DNA of 63,394 bases, filler included, from Globobulimina sp. (taxonomy: Eukaryota), in NCBI GenBank assembly GCA_003354225.1. It is 41 parts of 41 records of this genome, joined end to end, with 100 filler letters (N's around TTAATTAATTAA, not from the genome) between each part and the next. Parts side by side here need not be neighbours in the genome. Positions count along the whole stretch, not along the records: positions 26,345 to 27,793 come from PIVH01016500.1; positions 27,894 to 29,342 come from PIVH01016501.1; positions 29,443 to 30,890 come from PIVH01016502.1; positions 30,991 to 32,438 come from PIVH01016503.1; positions 32,539 to 33,986 come from PIVH01016504.1; positions 34,087 to 35,534 come from PIVH01016505.1; positions 35,635 to 37,082 come from PIVH01016506.1; 34 more parts are not named here. One strand, 5' to 3'. The translations under genes and the position numbers were made by a program. Under the pieces are notes generated by a model that searched no databases, was not told the origin of the DNA, and was given only the letters and a program-made list of their open reading frames with translations. This document shows, piece by piece, positions 26,371 to 37,082 of the stretch (position 1 is its first letter; each line of letters begins with the position of its first letter).

Positions 26371-27689
26371 GTATTTGAACCGTTATTAGGTCCAATTTTG
26401 GATGGAATTCATCCGTTTTTTGATTATAAAGAAGGCAATCTGTCCCATATTGGAAATTTGAAAATGATAAAATTTGATGGTAGCCAAACCTTAAAAGATT
26501 TCGTCATAGAATATGCCTTTCATTTACGCCGCAATTTGCGTGGATATTCCTTGCCGCCGCACTGTACCCGGGCCGAACGAAGAGAAATAAACAGAATCTT
26601 AATATACATATTAAAACAGTTAGAATTTGATGCCTCGCTGCCACACTTTCAACGCTATCAAAATAAAAGCAAAAATACAGCAAAAAACACACCTAAAACA
26701 AAACAAAAAGACGAGAAAAAAGAAAGGGACGAAAATCCAGCAAATTCAAGCAATAAATCCGTTAAAAAACAAAATAAAAATAGAAAGAAGAAAACAGATA
26801 CAAAAAAGCATAAAAAGGGCAGAAAACACAAAGACGTACAAACCAATGGCCCTGTGACCGACTCGCAAGACAATGCCATTTCGAACACGCATATTATAGA
26901 AAGTAAAGAGGATCAGAGCCAACCACCAGTACAGACAGTGGACGCCAATGGTTACAGTGCGCACAGTGAACATAAATATAATCCTAATTCTACGCCGTCG
27001 CAAGTGATTGATTTAGTCAATATCGACGATTTAACCTTAACTGAATTGGAGGAGATGGGCCTAGCGCCCTCACGCGAAGCCTCCCTAACCTCTGAATATT
27101 TAATTGGTGGCTTATCGCGCGATTTCCCTGATGCGCGCACTCTGTTTTTTAACCGCGTGGCGATGGTTGGCGCCTGGACCAATCATGAAAACCATTTGGA
27201 AATGATCATACAACATACGCACCCCGATCTAAATTATATATATAAGAAATTCGTGGATATTTACGTGCAGTTAAGTGGAGAGGATGTGATGTAATATATT
27301 TATGTGTGTATACAGTACAATGTCTTTGTGATAGGTTTCGACGGATATTGAAACGAAAAGAGATGGCTTGGATTCGACATCGCCGACTTGGGATTGTGAC
27401 CACGTCGCCAAAGCACTTTGGAACAGGATTAAGTATTCAATGTTCAATCCGTGCGCCACATTTAGCCAATCATGCCAAGTTTGAGAGGATTATTAATAAA
27501 CGGAGTCTAGAGTTAATTGGGATGGATGGCAATGGAATGAATGAGGATTGTATCGTGAATCTGGAGACGATGCATACGCTCGGCAGGTCTGAGTGGCAAA
27601 TTGCTACGGATTTAGGCAATGCGCTGATTGATTTATGTCGGATGGAAAAGGCATTGGCCAGAAATAAAGATATTGAAAAACTGATCTAA
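26371..27689 (+). CDS. Divergent ATP:guanido phosphotransferase (creatine-kinase-like), 5' partial (intron 27270-27334)
   Basis: RRNLRGYSLPPHCTRAERR, RDFPDAR, WTNHENHL, LGIVTTSPKHFGTG, LGRSE. Confidence 0.82.
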
Positions 27690-28104
27690 TTGTAAATTAT
27701 TTTCGAGTCAATGTTTATGATATCTGATATCGAAATATGTCATGTGTTTTCATTTTTGTTTGGCAAATATGTTTTATTGTATCCTAACATTTTNNNNNNN
27801 NNNNNNNNNNNNNNNNNNNNNNNNNNNNNNNNNNNNNTTAATTAATTAANNNNNNNNNNNNNNNNNNNNNNNNNNNNNNNNNNNNNNNNNNNNTTTCATG
27901 TCTCTAATGTCTCCACTTGTCTTTTAGATTGGCGAACCTAAATATGATTCTCATTGATTATTTTCGTCTAAAAGTCTCTACGACGAAACAGAAATCATAT
28001 TTTGGACAATCTAAAATCGACTCGTCCCGATTTATCAAGTATCGACTTTTTTTGAAATCAAGTAAAAAGCAATGGATATGGATATGGAAAATGAGCAGAA
28101 AAAT

Positions 28105-28181
28105 GGTGACCTAGCTCAATTGGCAGAGCATTGGGTTGAATGGCAGACCAATTGGATGTAGGTTCGAATCCTACGGTGAGA
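28105..28181 (+). ncRNA. tRNA-like sequence (pseudo-tRNA or SINE head)
   Basis: A-box/D-arm TAGCTCAATTGGCAGAGC and a perfect T-arm GTAGG-TTCGAAT-CCTAC. The anticodon loop is enlarged and the acceptor stem mispaired. Confidence 0.65.
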
Positions 28182-28280
28182 GGAATGGAATGGAACGAAA
28201 CGCAAACGGGCGAAATCCCCAGAACTAATTATTTGAGCACATAAATGATAAATGGGCGAAATCCCCAGAGCTAAAGAAAT

Positions 28281-28573
28281 GCCGTCATATATTAAGGCGG
28301 CGAGAATTGGATGCAATGCCGTCATGTATTAAGGCGGTGATAATGAGAGAAGAAAAGCCGTCATATATTAAGGCGGCGATATGAGAGAAGGAATGCCGTC
28401 ATATATTAAGGCGGTGATATTAAATGAGAGAAGAAAAGCTGTCATATATTAAGACGGCGATAATGAGAGAAGAATCCGCCATATATTAAGGCGGTGAGAA
28501 TTGGATGCAATGCCGTCACGTATTAAGGTGGCGAGAACAAGAGAAGGAATGCCGTCATATATTAAGGCGGCGA
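28281..28573. repeat. Array of 8 hairpin repeats GCCGTCATATATTAAGGCGGYGA with 14-20-nt purine-rich linkers
   Basis: Copies at ~28281, 28318, 28357, 28395, 28438, 28475, 28512 and 28551. Confidence 0.92.
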
Positions 28574-28975
28574 GAATGAAAAGCAACTTATAATAGTACG
28601 AGTATCGACAATGAGCAGATTGAACTTCAAACATCTTTAAGTGTTCCTAAATTAAATAAAGATGTTTCCAAATTATATGACAGTGATGTTGTAGCATGAC
28701 AGTCTGGTGATGTTGTAGCATGACAAAAAATATTTTGTATAACTCGGAGTTAATACACATTATTTTTTGTACATATTTAGTATACATTATTGTTTTGTTT
28801 TGTTTTGTTTGATATCATATGATATGCCAGATATGGTGATATATTTTGTTTGATGTGTTGATATATTTGTTTGATATGGTGATATTTTTAAATATTAGAT
28901 ATAAACGATCCGAGTAAAAACAGAATATATAAGTTTCCCTCGACTTCGTCTCCCAATAAGTTATATCCAAGATAC

Positions 28976-29096
28976 AATTGACTTTTAGGTTCACACTTCT
29001 AAACACTTCTTTTTAAAGTTTTTTGCATGGGCGTGATCGGGGCGCTGCGCCTTTGAGTGAAGAAGTGTTTAGAAGTGTGAACCTAAAAAGTCAATT
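28976..29096. repeat. ~36-bp inverted repeat (MITE-like) around a ~50-bp core
   Basis: AATTGACTTTTAGGTTCACACTTCTAAACACTTCTT ... AAGAAGTGTTTAGAAGTGTGAACCTAAAAAGTCAATT. Confidence 0.85.
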
Positions 29097-29140
29097 AAGT
29101 TTGAATTTTTACATTCAAAGTATCAAAAGAAAGAAGGAAG

Positions 29141-29342
29141 GAAAATAGGTTAATAATAAAATGTTAAAGGTAACATTTAACTTTTTGCTTTTCAGTTTGA
29201 AATTACTGTTTTTTACTGTAAAATCTTTGAATTTACAGTTTTTTACAGATTATTCAAAATAAAAACATTGAAAGTCAAAATTGAATTGTTAAAGGTTGTG
29301 TTTCATCGGGAACCATTAACATTTTATTATTAACCTATTTTC
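29141..29342. repeat. ~27-bp perfect inverted repeat (MITE-like)
   Basis: GAAAATAGGTTAATAATAAAATGTTAA ... TTAACATTTTATTATTAACCTATTTTC. Confidence 0.8.
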
Positions 29343-29442
29343 NNNNNNNNNNNNNNNNNNNNNNNNNNNNNNNNNNNNNNNNNNNNTTAATTAATTAANN
29401 NNNNNNNNNNNNNNNNNNNNNNNNNNNNNNNNNNNNNNNNNN

Positions 29443-30244
29443 AGTTGCTTCCGTTGTCGCGAATGGTGAATGTCTGTGCCGTACTGTCATAATCGACTTT
29501 ATAAGTGATGCTGCTGCCGGACTGACTTGAAGCAACATCCATGGCATTTCTGACGGCGGTTGCCAGTTCATCATGAGTATATGTTCCATCCGGAATTATT
29601 GCGGTTATTTCGCTGCCGGGAGTGCCGTTTGTATATTCAATAAAGTTGATTTTATTGTTTGAGCTGTTTACCGTTACATCGGTGTACCTAAAAACATCGG
29701 AGCCGTCATCACCTGATGTAACACGGGAAATTTGTCCTGTTTTTACTGCAAACAGGTCTGTGTTGCCGGAGTAAGTTGCTTCAGTTGGATTGTCTTCATC
29801 ATCCAGATCAAACGGCATGGTGTCGGTCTTTGTGCCACTGAAAATGAATTGTCCGTTTACACTGGTATTTCCAAAGGTTATCATCTGCCTCAGGATGCCG
29901 TCGACCCTTACGGCAGCAACTTCACGCTGGGCTATGGTGTAAGTGCCGTTCGCAAGCTGTTCACTTAGCACCATTGCTTCGGATATCAGATTTTTTGCAC
30001 TGTCAAGAGCGGTCTCTCCGGCGTTGAGCCACGTCCGCCCCGTAGAAATATTTCGACCCAGCTGGTCAATGTTGGACAGGTTCGCCCTGATATTCAAAAC
30101 CTGGGCCAGTCCGACAGGGTCGTCTGAAAGCGAATTGATGCGTTTCCCGGATGCGATAACTTCATTTGTAGACGCCAGCCCTTCCAGGGTCTTGCCCAGC
30201 TCGAACTGGGCGGTTTCAAAAATTGTTTTGTTGGTAACGCGCAT
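29443..30244 (-). CDS. flgL: Bacterial flagellar hook-associated protein 3, 3' partial
   Basis: MRVT...SGKRINSLSDDPVG...E.AL...NG.FIFSGTKTDT.PF. Lies directly downstream of flgK. Confidence 0.95.
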
Positions 30245-30271
30245 TGCTAATACCCCATTTTATAGTAAATC

Positions 30272-30365
30272 AGTCGCGAGTCATGAGTCGCGAGTGCATG
30301 GTATTCTGTCAATTTTAAATAAGATAAACACCTTATTTCGGACTCCAGACTCTCGACTCTCGACT
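30272..30365. repeat. Inverted heptamer-repeat stem-loop in the flgK-flgL spacer
   Basis: AGTCGCG AGTCATG AGTCGCG AGT ... ACTCCAG ACTCTCG ACTCTCG ACT. Confidence 0.65.
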
Positions 30366-30382
30366 TTCCACTCATTCGTCTT

Positions 30383-30890
30383 TTATCTCGCGGCAATCAG
30401 CGTTGCCAGCATCTCATCCGCAACTGTCAGAAGTTTTGCGGCAACAGAAAACGCATGCTGGTATTTCATCAAATTTACCATTTCCTCATCAAGGGAAACA
30501 GCTGAAATCGCGTCCCTCTGTTTTGTGACCTGATTAACCAGAGCTTCGCTGAAACTTTTGGTGGAAGAAATATTCAGGGCCTTCAGCCCCATTTTCCCGA
30601 CCATTGTGTTGTAATACCCGTCAACCGTAGAGTATAAATTGTTTGAAACCGCGTCATTCCCTCTGTCAAAAATCCATTGTGAAAAATTTTGCGTTGAATG
30701 CTGTATGTCGGCAATGGCCAATGCATTCCGGTTATCGCCAACGCCGTAATCGCCGCTGTCCGCATCTATTTTCGCGGCTGCAATGTAATTTCTGGTGTCA
30801 AGAAGACTGTTGACTTCTATACTCATGGCGTCCGTACCGGAAAAAAACGTATTTATTGCCAGTGCCGCCGCAAGTCCCGATTCCTGGGCC
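30383..30890 (-). CDS. flgK: Bacterial flagellar hook-associated protein 1, 5' partial
   Basis: GDNRNALAIA ... RDAISAVSLDEEMVNLMKYQHAFSVAAKLLTVADEM. Confidence 0.95.
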
Positions 30891-31134
30891 NNNNNNNNNN
30901 NNNNNNNNNNNNNNNNNNNNNNNNNNNNNNNNNNTTAATTAATTAANNNNNNNNNNNNNNNNNNNNNNNNNNNNNNNNNNNNNNNNNNNNAAAAAAGATT
31001 TAGTTTTTTTTACAATCTTAATTTTGAAAATTAATAAACACGCTATCTTCAATTCCAACACATTTTTTAACTGTCAAATTCTGGAATATCCTATATATTG
31101 AACGCAAAGTGCAAGGATAAAAATTCTAAATATT

Positions 31135-31761
31135 TTATACGTATATATATATAATACATACACTCAAAGGAACAACATGATGCTTTGTAAAACCAATTTG
31201 CTCAGAATGTGTTCCTTTTTCTTTTAATATTTGTGATAATCTTTTTAAATTATAATCCCATGCATTATATCCAATATATACGGCAATTATAAACGAAATA
31301 ATACCAATCACAATTCCAGCATACACACACAAAAATATTTTAACTCCCTCTCCAATCATAGTTAGAAATCCATTGTGATATCGATTCTGTTGCGTTTCTC
31401 CACCTTCATAGCTGTCATAATATCCCGTAAAATCTTTTCGTAAATTTGCAAGGACTGCATCAGACAGTTTGTGTCCAGTTTCTCTAAATTGATGAAGGTC
31501 TTTAAAACTGACAGCTGGCATATATTCAACATCTTTTGTGTCCCATCCACCATTGGAATCCTCTCCAATCCATTGTCTATTTCCAATGTAACTCACTCTC
31601 CGTCCATTTTTCTTAACAATGTCGCCAAATCGTACATCAATATCAGTCCCATCTCTATTTATTGTCACATGTTGATTTTCTCTGGAAAATCCCAATTTTG
31701 TTTTGCCAAATACACACAATATGAATAAGATCTGCACCAAAAACATCAAGCAGCCCATCAT
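31135..31761 (-). CDS. Signal peptide + C-terminal TM hypothetical protein (paralog A)
   Basis: Hydrophobic N-terminus and TM helix. Shares the FG(D/E)IV...RR..Y.GN.QW motif with the adjacent gene. Confidence 0.7.
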   Translation of the reverse strand: MMGCLMFLVQILFILCVFGKTKLGFSRENQHVTINRDGTDIDVRFGDIVKKNGRRVSYIGNRQWIGEDSNGGWDTKDVEYMPAVSFKDLHQFRETGHKLSDAVLANLRKDFTGYYDSYEGGETQQNRYHNGFLTMIGEGVKIFLCVYAGIVIGIISFIIAVYIGYNAWDYNLKRLSQILKEKGTHSEQIGFTKHHVVPLSVCIIYIYV

Positions 31762-31823
31762 ATTATTCTACGATTTTACAAAGCAAAAACTGCAAAAACT
31801 GCAAAATCATTTTGCACTTTTGA

Positions 31824-32438
31824 ATGATGGCAAAAGTGGTGTTTAGCCACAATAAAAAAATGAAGGATATTTGTGTCTTGTTATTCTATGCGATAGGATT
31901 AGTAATAAACGTAGAATGTCATGAATATAAAGTCAAATATCATAACATCGAACAAAGAATAAATGTCGATTACCATGATACAAAACAAGAGGTAGATTTT
32001 GGAGAGATTGTAGATATTGGAAACAACCGAAGAATTGTTTATGTTGGAAATAATCAATGGAGGAAATATAACCAAGAAGAAAAGAAATGGTTAAAAAAAA
32101 AAAGGAGATTCACAGCAGAGCGTATTGATGGATTTCCACAGTTCATTAAGACTGGATTTCAAGTTTTAGACAATCAGTTAGTTAAAAACGAGCAAAGTGA
32201 GGAAACATCTGCCCATAATATAAATGATCTCGATAATATGTATGGAAACTATAAATTTGATGAAAATGTTAGTGGAATGTATGAGGATTATTTTCAGATA
32301 AAAAGAATAATATTCTTTGTATCTGTTGCATTCTTTTGTTGTTTCGGTGTAGTATGTATTGGGGGATTAATATGTATTGGATTTTGTATGATTGGTTCAA
32401 GAAAACGCAAATATAGTAATGATGTATTACCATCAACA
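31824..32438 (+). CDS. Signal peptide + C-terminal TM hypothetical protein (paralog B), 3' partial
   Basis: VDFGEIVDIGNNRRIVYVGNNQW ... F.QF..TG; Cys-rich TM helix. Confidence 0.7.
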
Positions 32439-32538
32439 NNNNNNNNNNNNNNNNNNNNNNNNNNNNNNNNNNNNNNNNNNNNTTAATTAATTAANNNNNN
32501 NNNNNNNNNNNNNNNNNNNNNNNNNNNNNNNNNNNNNN

Positions 32539-33177
32539 GCTGATCCTACCTCCTATCCTACAGCAGATCCGACCAATGATCCTACGCCCGATCCTACATT
32601 AGATCCTACCACCGATCCTACCTTTGATCCTACAGCAGATCCAACCTTTGAACCCACCACCGATCCAACTCTACAACCAACATTTTCGCCCACTCCAAAA
32701 CCTACACCAAAGCCCGTGCGTGGCAGTGTGATATTTAATAGTATGCCCACTGCGTCACCGATCACTCGAATCCCGACTCGCAATCCAAGTGTTGCGGAAA
32801 CATTGGTGATTGGCTCGTTTAAAGCGGAATATTTGTTATATACATTGGCTGCTGTCGGAGGATTGGGAGTTATAATGATAATATTTGGTGGTTTGCAGTT
32901 CTATCAAGAGAGTAAAAGCAAAAAAAAGAAGGGATTGCGGGGGATTGATATTGATGGCGATGGGCGAGCTGATGATGATGCCAATGTGCAGGGCTTTTTA
33001 TTGGATGAAACTGTTAAATTTATAATATCCGATGTGTTGAATGAAAAAGATGTGTTGGATGATGAGGTGGTTGAAGAAGACCCGGCATTTACTGAATGGG
33101 TTCGAGAGAATGAAGAAGAAATGCGTGAGATTAGGGAGAGAGAGAAATTGAATGATAGTGATTTAGAAAATTTGTAA
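32539..33177 (+). CDS. Mucin-like PT(x)DPT-repeat single-pass membrane protein C-terminus
   Basis: 12-nt GATCCTAC.. coding repeats at 32539-32715, then a TM helix and an acidic tail. Confidence 0.75.
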   Translation, partial: ADPTSYPTADPTNDPTPDPTLDPTTDPTFDPTADPTFEPTTDPTLQPTFSPTPKPTPKPVRGSVIFNSMPTASPITRIPTRNPSVAETLVIGSFKAEYLLYTLAAVGGLGVIMIIFGGLQFYQESKSKKKKGLRGIDIDGDGRADDDANVQGFLLDETVKFIISDVLNEKDVLDDEVVEEDPAFTEWVRENEEEMREIREREKLNDSDLENL

Positions 33178-33483
33178 TAAGCAACAACATGTTCGCACTG
33201 TTTTTATTTTTGAAACATTTTTTATTTAAAATCCGTAAATTCTCAATCTGTTTTGTTTAGACTCCATACGTGCTAAAGCACTATTTTTTTTTGTTTGCAT
33301 TTGTTTGTTTGCATTATTTTGTTTGTTTGTTTACATATTTGTTTTTATCTTATCCAATCAGTGATTATATTAGTTACCAGTGCGCACATATTTTCTTTGT
33401 TTCACAAAAAGTGAAATAAAGATTTACAGCGTTGACAGGAATCTTTTGTGTAGTAAGTACTAAGCAGTAACAATCAATACCAG

Positions 33484-33924
33484 ATGAACATAGTTGAAGC
33501 TGCGTATGATTATGATGGCGCCGATGATACACACATATCTTTTAAAGAAGGTGATAAAATTGAGGTTTTAGAAGAAGACGAGTCAGGTTGGTATCTGGGC
33601 AGATTACAGGATGGATCAGAAGGTTATTTCCCAGCAACCTATGTCCAATCCATCAATGATAATGACAACGACGAAACAGCAAATACCGAAACGGGACTTA
33701 TCGACGCAAACGAAAACACCGAAACAGCAATCATCTCAGCTAAAACTGCTAACCCTCCACCTCGCGAGCAATCCGACACAAATTCTGTCAATGATGAATA
33801 CGAAGACGTTGACGTAAACGCTGATGCTGACGGAGACGGATACGCAGACACAGCAACTGCCGCAGCTACAGAAAAGGAAAAGATTCAAGGTACTGTATAT
33901 ACGACATTCCTGTCAGATATCTGA
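33484..33924 (+). CDS. SH3 domain protein, probably continuing after an intron
   Basis: AAYDY...ISFKEGD.I.V....SGWY.G....GYFPATYV. Confidence 0.88.
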   Translation: MNIVEAAYDYDGADDTHISFKEGDKIEVLEEDESGWYLGRLQDGSEGYFPATYVQSINDNDNDETANTETGLIDANENTETAIISAKTANPPPREQSDTNSVNDEYEDVDVNADADGDGYADTATAAATEKEKIQGTVYTTFLSDI

Positions 33925-34270
33925 CTGCACCGAAAACCCCATCCACAGCATACGCAATCGAGCCCGATCAGGCAAACGTTGCAGTGNNNNNNNNNNNNNN
34001 NNNNNNNNNNNNNNNNNNNNNNNNNNNNNNTTAATTAATTAANNNNNNNNNNNNNNNNNNNNNNNNNNNNNNNNNNNNNNNNNNNNGATTGAAAAGGCCT
34101 TTTCAAGCTACTCAAGCTACCTTATCAACCAGCCTGTGGAGTAGTGTGGGAGAGCTCTTCCAAAGGAATCTTTTGTGTGTTTCAAATTTTAATACCTCAG
34201 TTGAACAATATCTCCACTAACATAATTTCACCACACATAACGAAATATTTTTCAGGCAACACGACTTGCC

Positions 34271-34717
34271 ATGCGGCGAGCGCTGCTGGATTTACGGGTA
34301 AGACCGGATTGTGTCGAACAACAACATAATAACGAATATCCATATACAATGGAAGAGAAAAATCGGAGACGGACTTATATAAAAAGGATAAAACAGACAG
34401 CTAATTTTACTGCACAATGTTTAGAATGGGCTTTTGGAAATTATATGGGAAAAGAAAGTAAATTAGCTGTTGCAGCATTAACAGCAATTTTTGTGCAACA
34501 CGAGCATAACGCGAAAGGCCATACTATGGCAGAATTAGAACAACTGCATAAAGATTTTCATATTTTAGATCCATCACCCAACCCCAATCGATTGAAATGG
34601 AATGGAAACGAATTGCCCAATTCCGCACCATCCGGAATAAATTATGGCAATACGCGGCGTCGCTCAGGACGAGAAAAGCGACTGCCGTCAAGTTATAATG
34701 ATTTCTTTTTATATTAG
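34271..34717 (+). CDS. Hypothetical protein fragment
   Basis: 148-codon ORF ending RRSGREKRLPSSYNDF. No domain recognised. Confidence 0.4.
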   Translation: MRRALLDLRVRPDCVEQQHNNEYPYTMEEKNRRRTYIKRIKQTANFTAQCLEWAFGNYMGKESKLAVAALTAIFVQHEHNAKGHTMAELEQLHKDFHILDPSPNPNRLKWNGNELPNSAPSGINYGNTRRRSGREKRLPSSYNDFFLY

Positions 34718-35834
34718 TCATAATAGTTGGTCCTTAAGAACACCTTCAGTCAGTCCAATTAATTATACTTGTAGCATTATTTATTGACAATTTATGGCAT
34801 AACACAGTACTGTTTCGTTGTAGAAAATTAATTGTAAAAAACTACGAAATTGTAGTTTGAAATTGGCGCTAAAACGGGTTGACCAAGATCTTCAATACCG
34901 TGGATGCTATTGTAAGCAACCTCGAGACGTCGGGGGGAAAGAAAGCGCGAAATTTAAATGCATTATGCATGTTCGTTTTTAGAGTCATTGGTCAATGGAG
35001 TTGTAGAAGTAAACGAAAGTAGCCTGATCACCTATGGAAGTTTATGGAACCTCCAAAATTGAATGCATAAGTTTTAAAACAACACTTTTTAGACGATTTA
35101 GGAACATCATTTCGAAATGACCAAAAAGACAATACAGGTGCTGGCACCTAGACCATCAAGAAGGGGCGGAGCTTCGGAGGTCAGCTATATATACTCGCAG
35201 CAGACGGCTCAGCCTTATCCGTCGCTAATTATCACACAACAACAACACTTATTTTTTTTGTTTAGTGACAGGTTTTTGGAACATTTACAAAGTTTTTTAG
35301 AAAGAACAATCAGAAAAAAATGGTAAATTAACTAACTATTATTAATTAGGAAGATCATACAGTAGCAAAAATAGCACTATAGTACGTACAAAAATACGTA
35401 TGCGAGTAGACAAAGTGACGACCGAAAATGATGCAATAATTAAAATAAATTTTTTATTTTTAGGCCCGTCAACCGCGCTTCGGAGCTTTGGGCGCCCAAG
35501 GGTGGCTTTTCGTAGGAGGATTCGTCATGTTCGCNNNNNNNNNNNNNNNNNNNNNNNNNNNNNNNNNNNNNNNNNNNNTTAATTAATTAANNNNNNNNNN
35601 NNNNNNNNNNNNNNNNNNNNNNNNNNNNNNNNNNTAAATGTTGAATTATAATTATATTGTAACATTCATTAATTTCTTACCGTCATTACATTTATTACCG
35701 TCGTTTGAAACTAATATATATATAAAAAAGAAAACAAAGAATAAAAATTACACTAAAACTAGTTTCTGATAAATAACTTTTTATATAAAAAATAAAGAAA
35801 GCATTAAAGAAAAGAATAAAGAAAAGTTAAAATT

Positions 35835-37082
35835 TTAATGATTGTTTTTGATTTGTTGAAGGAATAAATAACAACAAATAAAAAAGGAAAATATAAATAT
35901 AAATATATGTAATGTTATTTGATTATCAATGTAATTTGGATGCTGATGGTGTGCTGTAGTTGATATCTGGATGAGTTTCATAACTACTTCCATAGAAGAT
36001 AGAGATCTAGATGTCTCCACTACACATGCATCATCACAGTTTTGTTGAATTGTTTGTTGGGTGTCTAAGATAAATTTATCATCCAGTCCAAGACAAAAAA
36101 ATATATCAGGTCCAATTGACGTTATAATCTGTGAAATTCCAATTTGTTTCATTATTTCTTTTGTGATCAATAAAAATGGTTTCAAATTTGTATTATATGC
36201 TTCTATCAATTCCATTGCTAATTTTTTGCTTTTTATTTTCAAATCATGATCGGTATCGGTACCATCTTCATTTGGCTGGATATCATCAGAAGGCTTGATA
36301 CAAAATTTTATTTTAAATTTTGAAAACCGTTTCTGTTTTGTATTAATTAACAGTGATACGAATTCATTCATATCTACAATTTGTTGGCGAAAACCCATTG
36401 ATAAACTAGAAAAATGGCAAAATGATGAAATGATATCCATTTTATTAAAAGTCTCTTTCCATTCTACAATGGTCTTAGAATGACGATATCCAAAATCAAT
36501 GTGTATTTTATCCAATTTCATTGCATATGTTTTGTTCATAATTTGCATTGCATTTCCAATATCACTCAACACTGAATCGACCATGAAATTGTTTGAACCA
36601 TAAAAAAAACTCAATTTAATTTCTTTTAAATTTTGTAATGTATTTGCACCAATAAACTCAAATAATTTAACATTTGAATTACATGATACTGTAAGCACTT
36701 TTTTCTTTTTATTGCCATTTAAAATCCATTTAACAAAGTTAGATAATTGTCGTATAGTTCTAGTATCTGTTTTAAAATGCTTTATCCGATCCAATTGTTT
36801 CAACTGCGATAACATTGGATCATTATTAATATTTTCATCATCATCAATTGTAACAGATTCAAGTGACAAACTTTCTAAATTAACACAACCAATAATTGCT
36901 TTTAATATTTCTTTGTTAAAATTGAAGTCGCCTAATATTAATACTTTCAATGTGTTATAATTAATTTTATTATTAATGAATAATTTCATAGTACAATTAT
37001 ACCACAACGCACATGTTTCTAAACGATCAAAAATTATTATCTTAGACAAGAATGTGTTAAAAATTGATATTCCGTCCGATGG
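35835..37082 (-). CDS. LRR/F-box-associated-like hypothetical protein, 5' partial
   Basis: About 400 open codons with degenerate LxxLxL units (LKVLIL, NLESLSL, NLKEIKL). Confidence 0.6.
   Translation of the reverse strand, partial: PSDGISIFNTFLSKIIIFDRLETCALWYNCTMKLFINNKINYNTLKVLILGDFNFNKEILKAIIGCVNLESLSLESVTIDDDENINNDPMLSQLKQLDRIKHFKTDTRTIRQLSNFVKWILNGNKKKKVLTVSCNSNVKLFEFIGANTLQNLKEIKLSFFYGSNNFMVDSVLSDIGNAMQIMNKTYAMKLDKIHIDFGYRHSKTIVEWKETFNKMDIISSFCHFSSLSMGFRQQIVDMNEFVSLLINTKQKRFSKFKIKFCIKPSDDIQPNEDGTDTDHDLKIKSKKLAMELIEAYNTNLKPFLLITKEIMKQIGISQIITSIGPDIFFCLGLDDKFILDTQQTIQQNCDDACVVETSRSLSSMEVVMKLIQISTTAHHQHPNYIDNQITLHIFIFIFSFFICCYLFLQQIKNNH

Noticed and set aside
28105-28181. Functional tRNA gene
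   Set aside because: The acceptor stem GGTGACC/GGTGAGA is mispaired and the anticodon loop is not canonical.
28281-28573. CRISPR array
   Set aside because: Linkers are only 14-20 nt and related to each other (GAATTGGATGCAAT recurs; ATGAGAGAAG recurs). No cas genes.
29943-30533. 196-aa plus-strand ORF
   Set aside because: Antisense shadow of flgL/flgK.
34650-34717. Gypsy integrase-like C-terminal RRS.R...P..Y.D motif
   Set aside because: No integrase core upstream, and the motif is too short.
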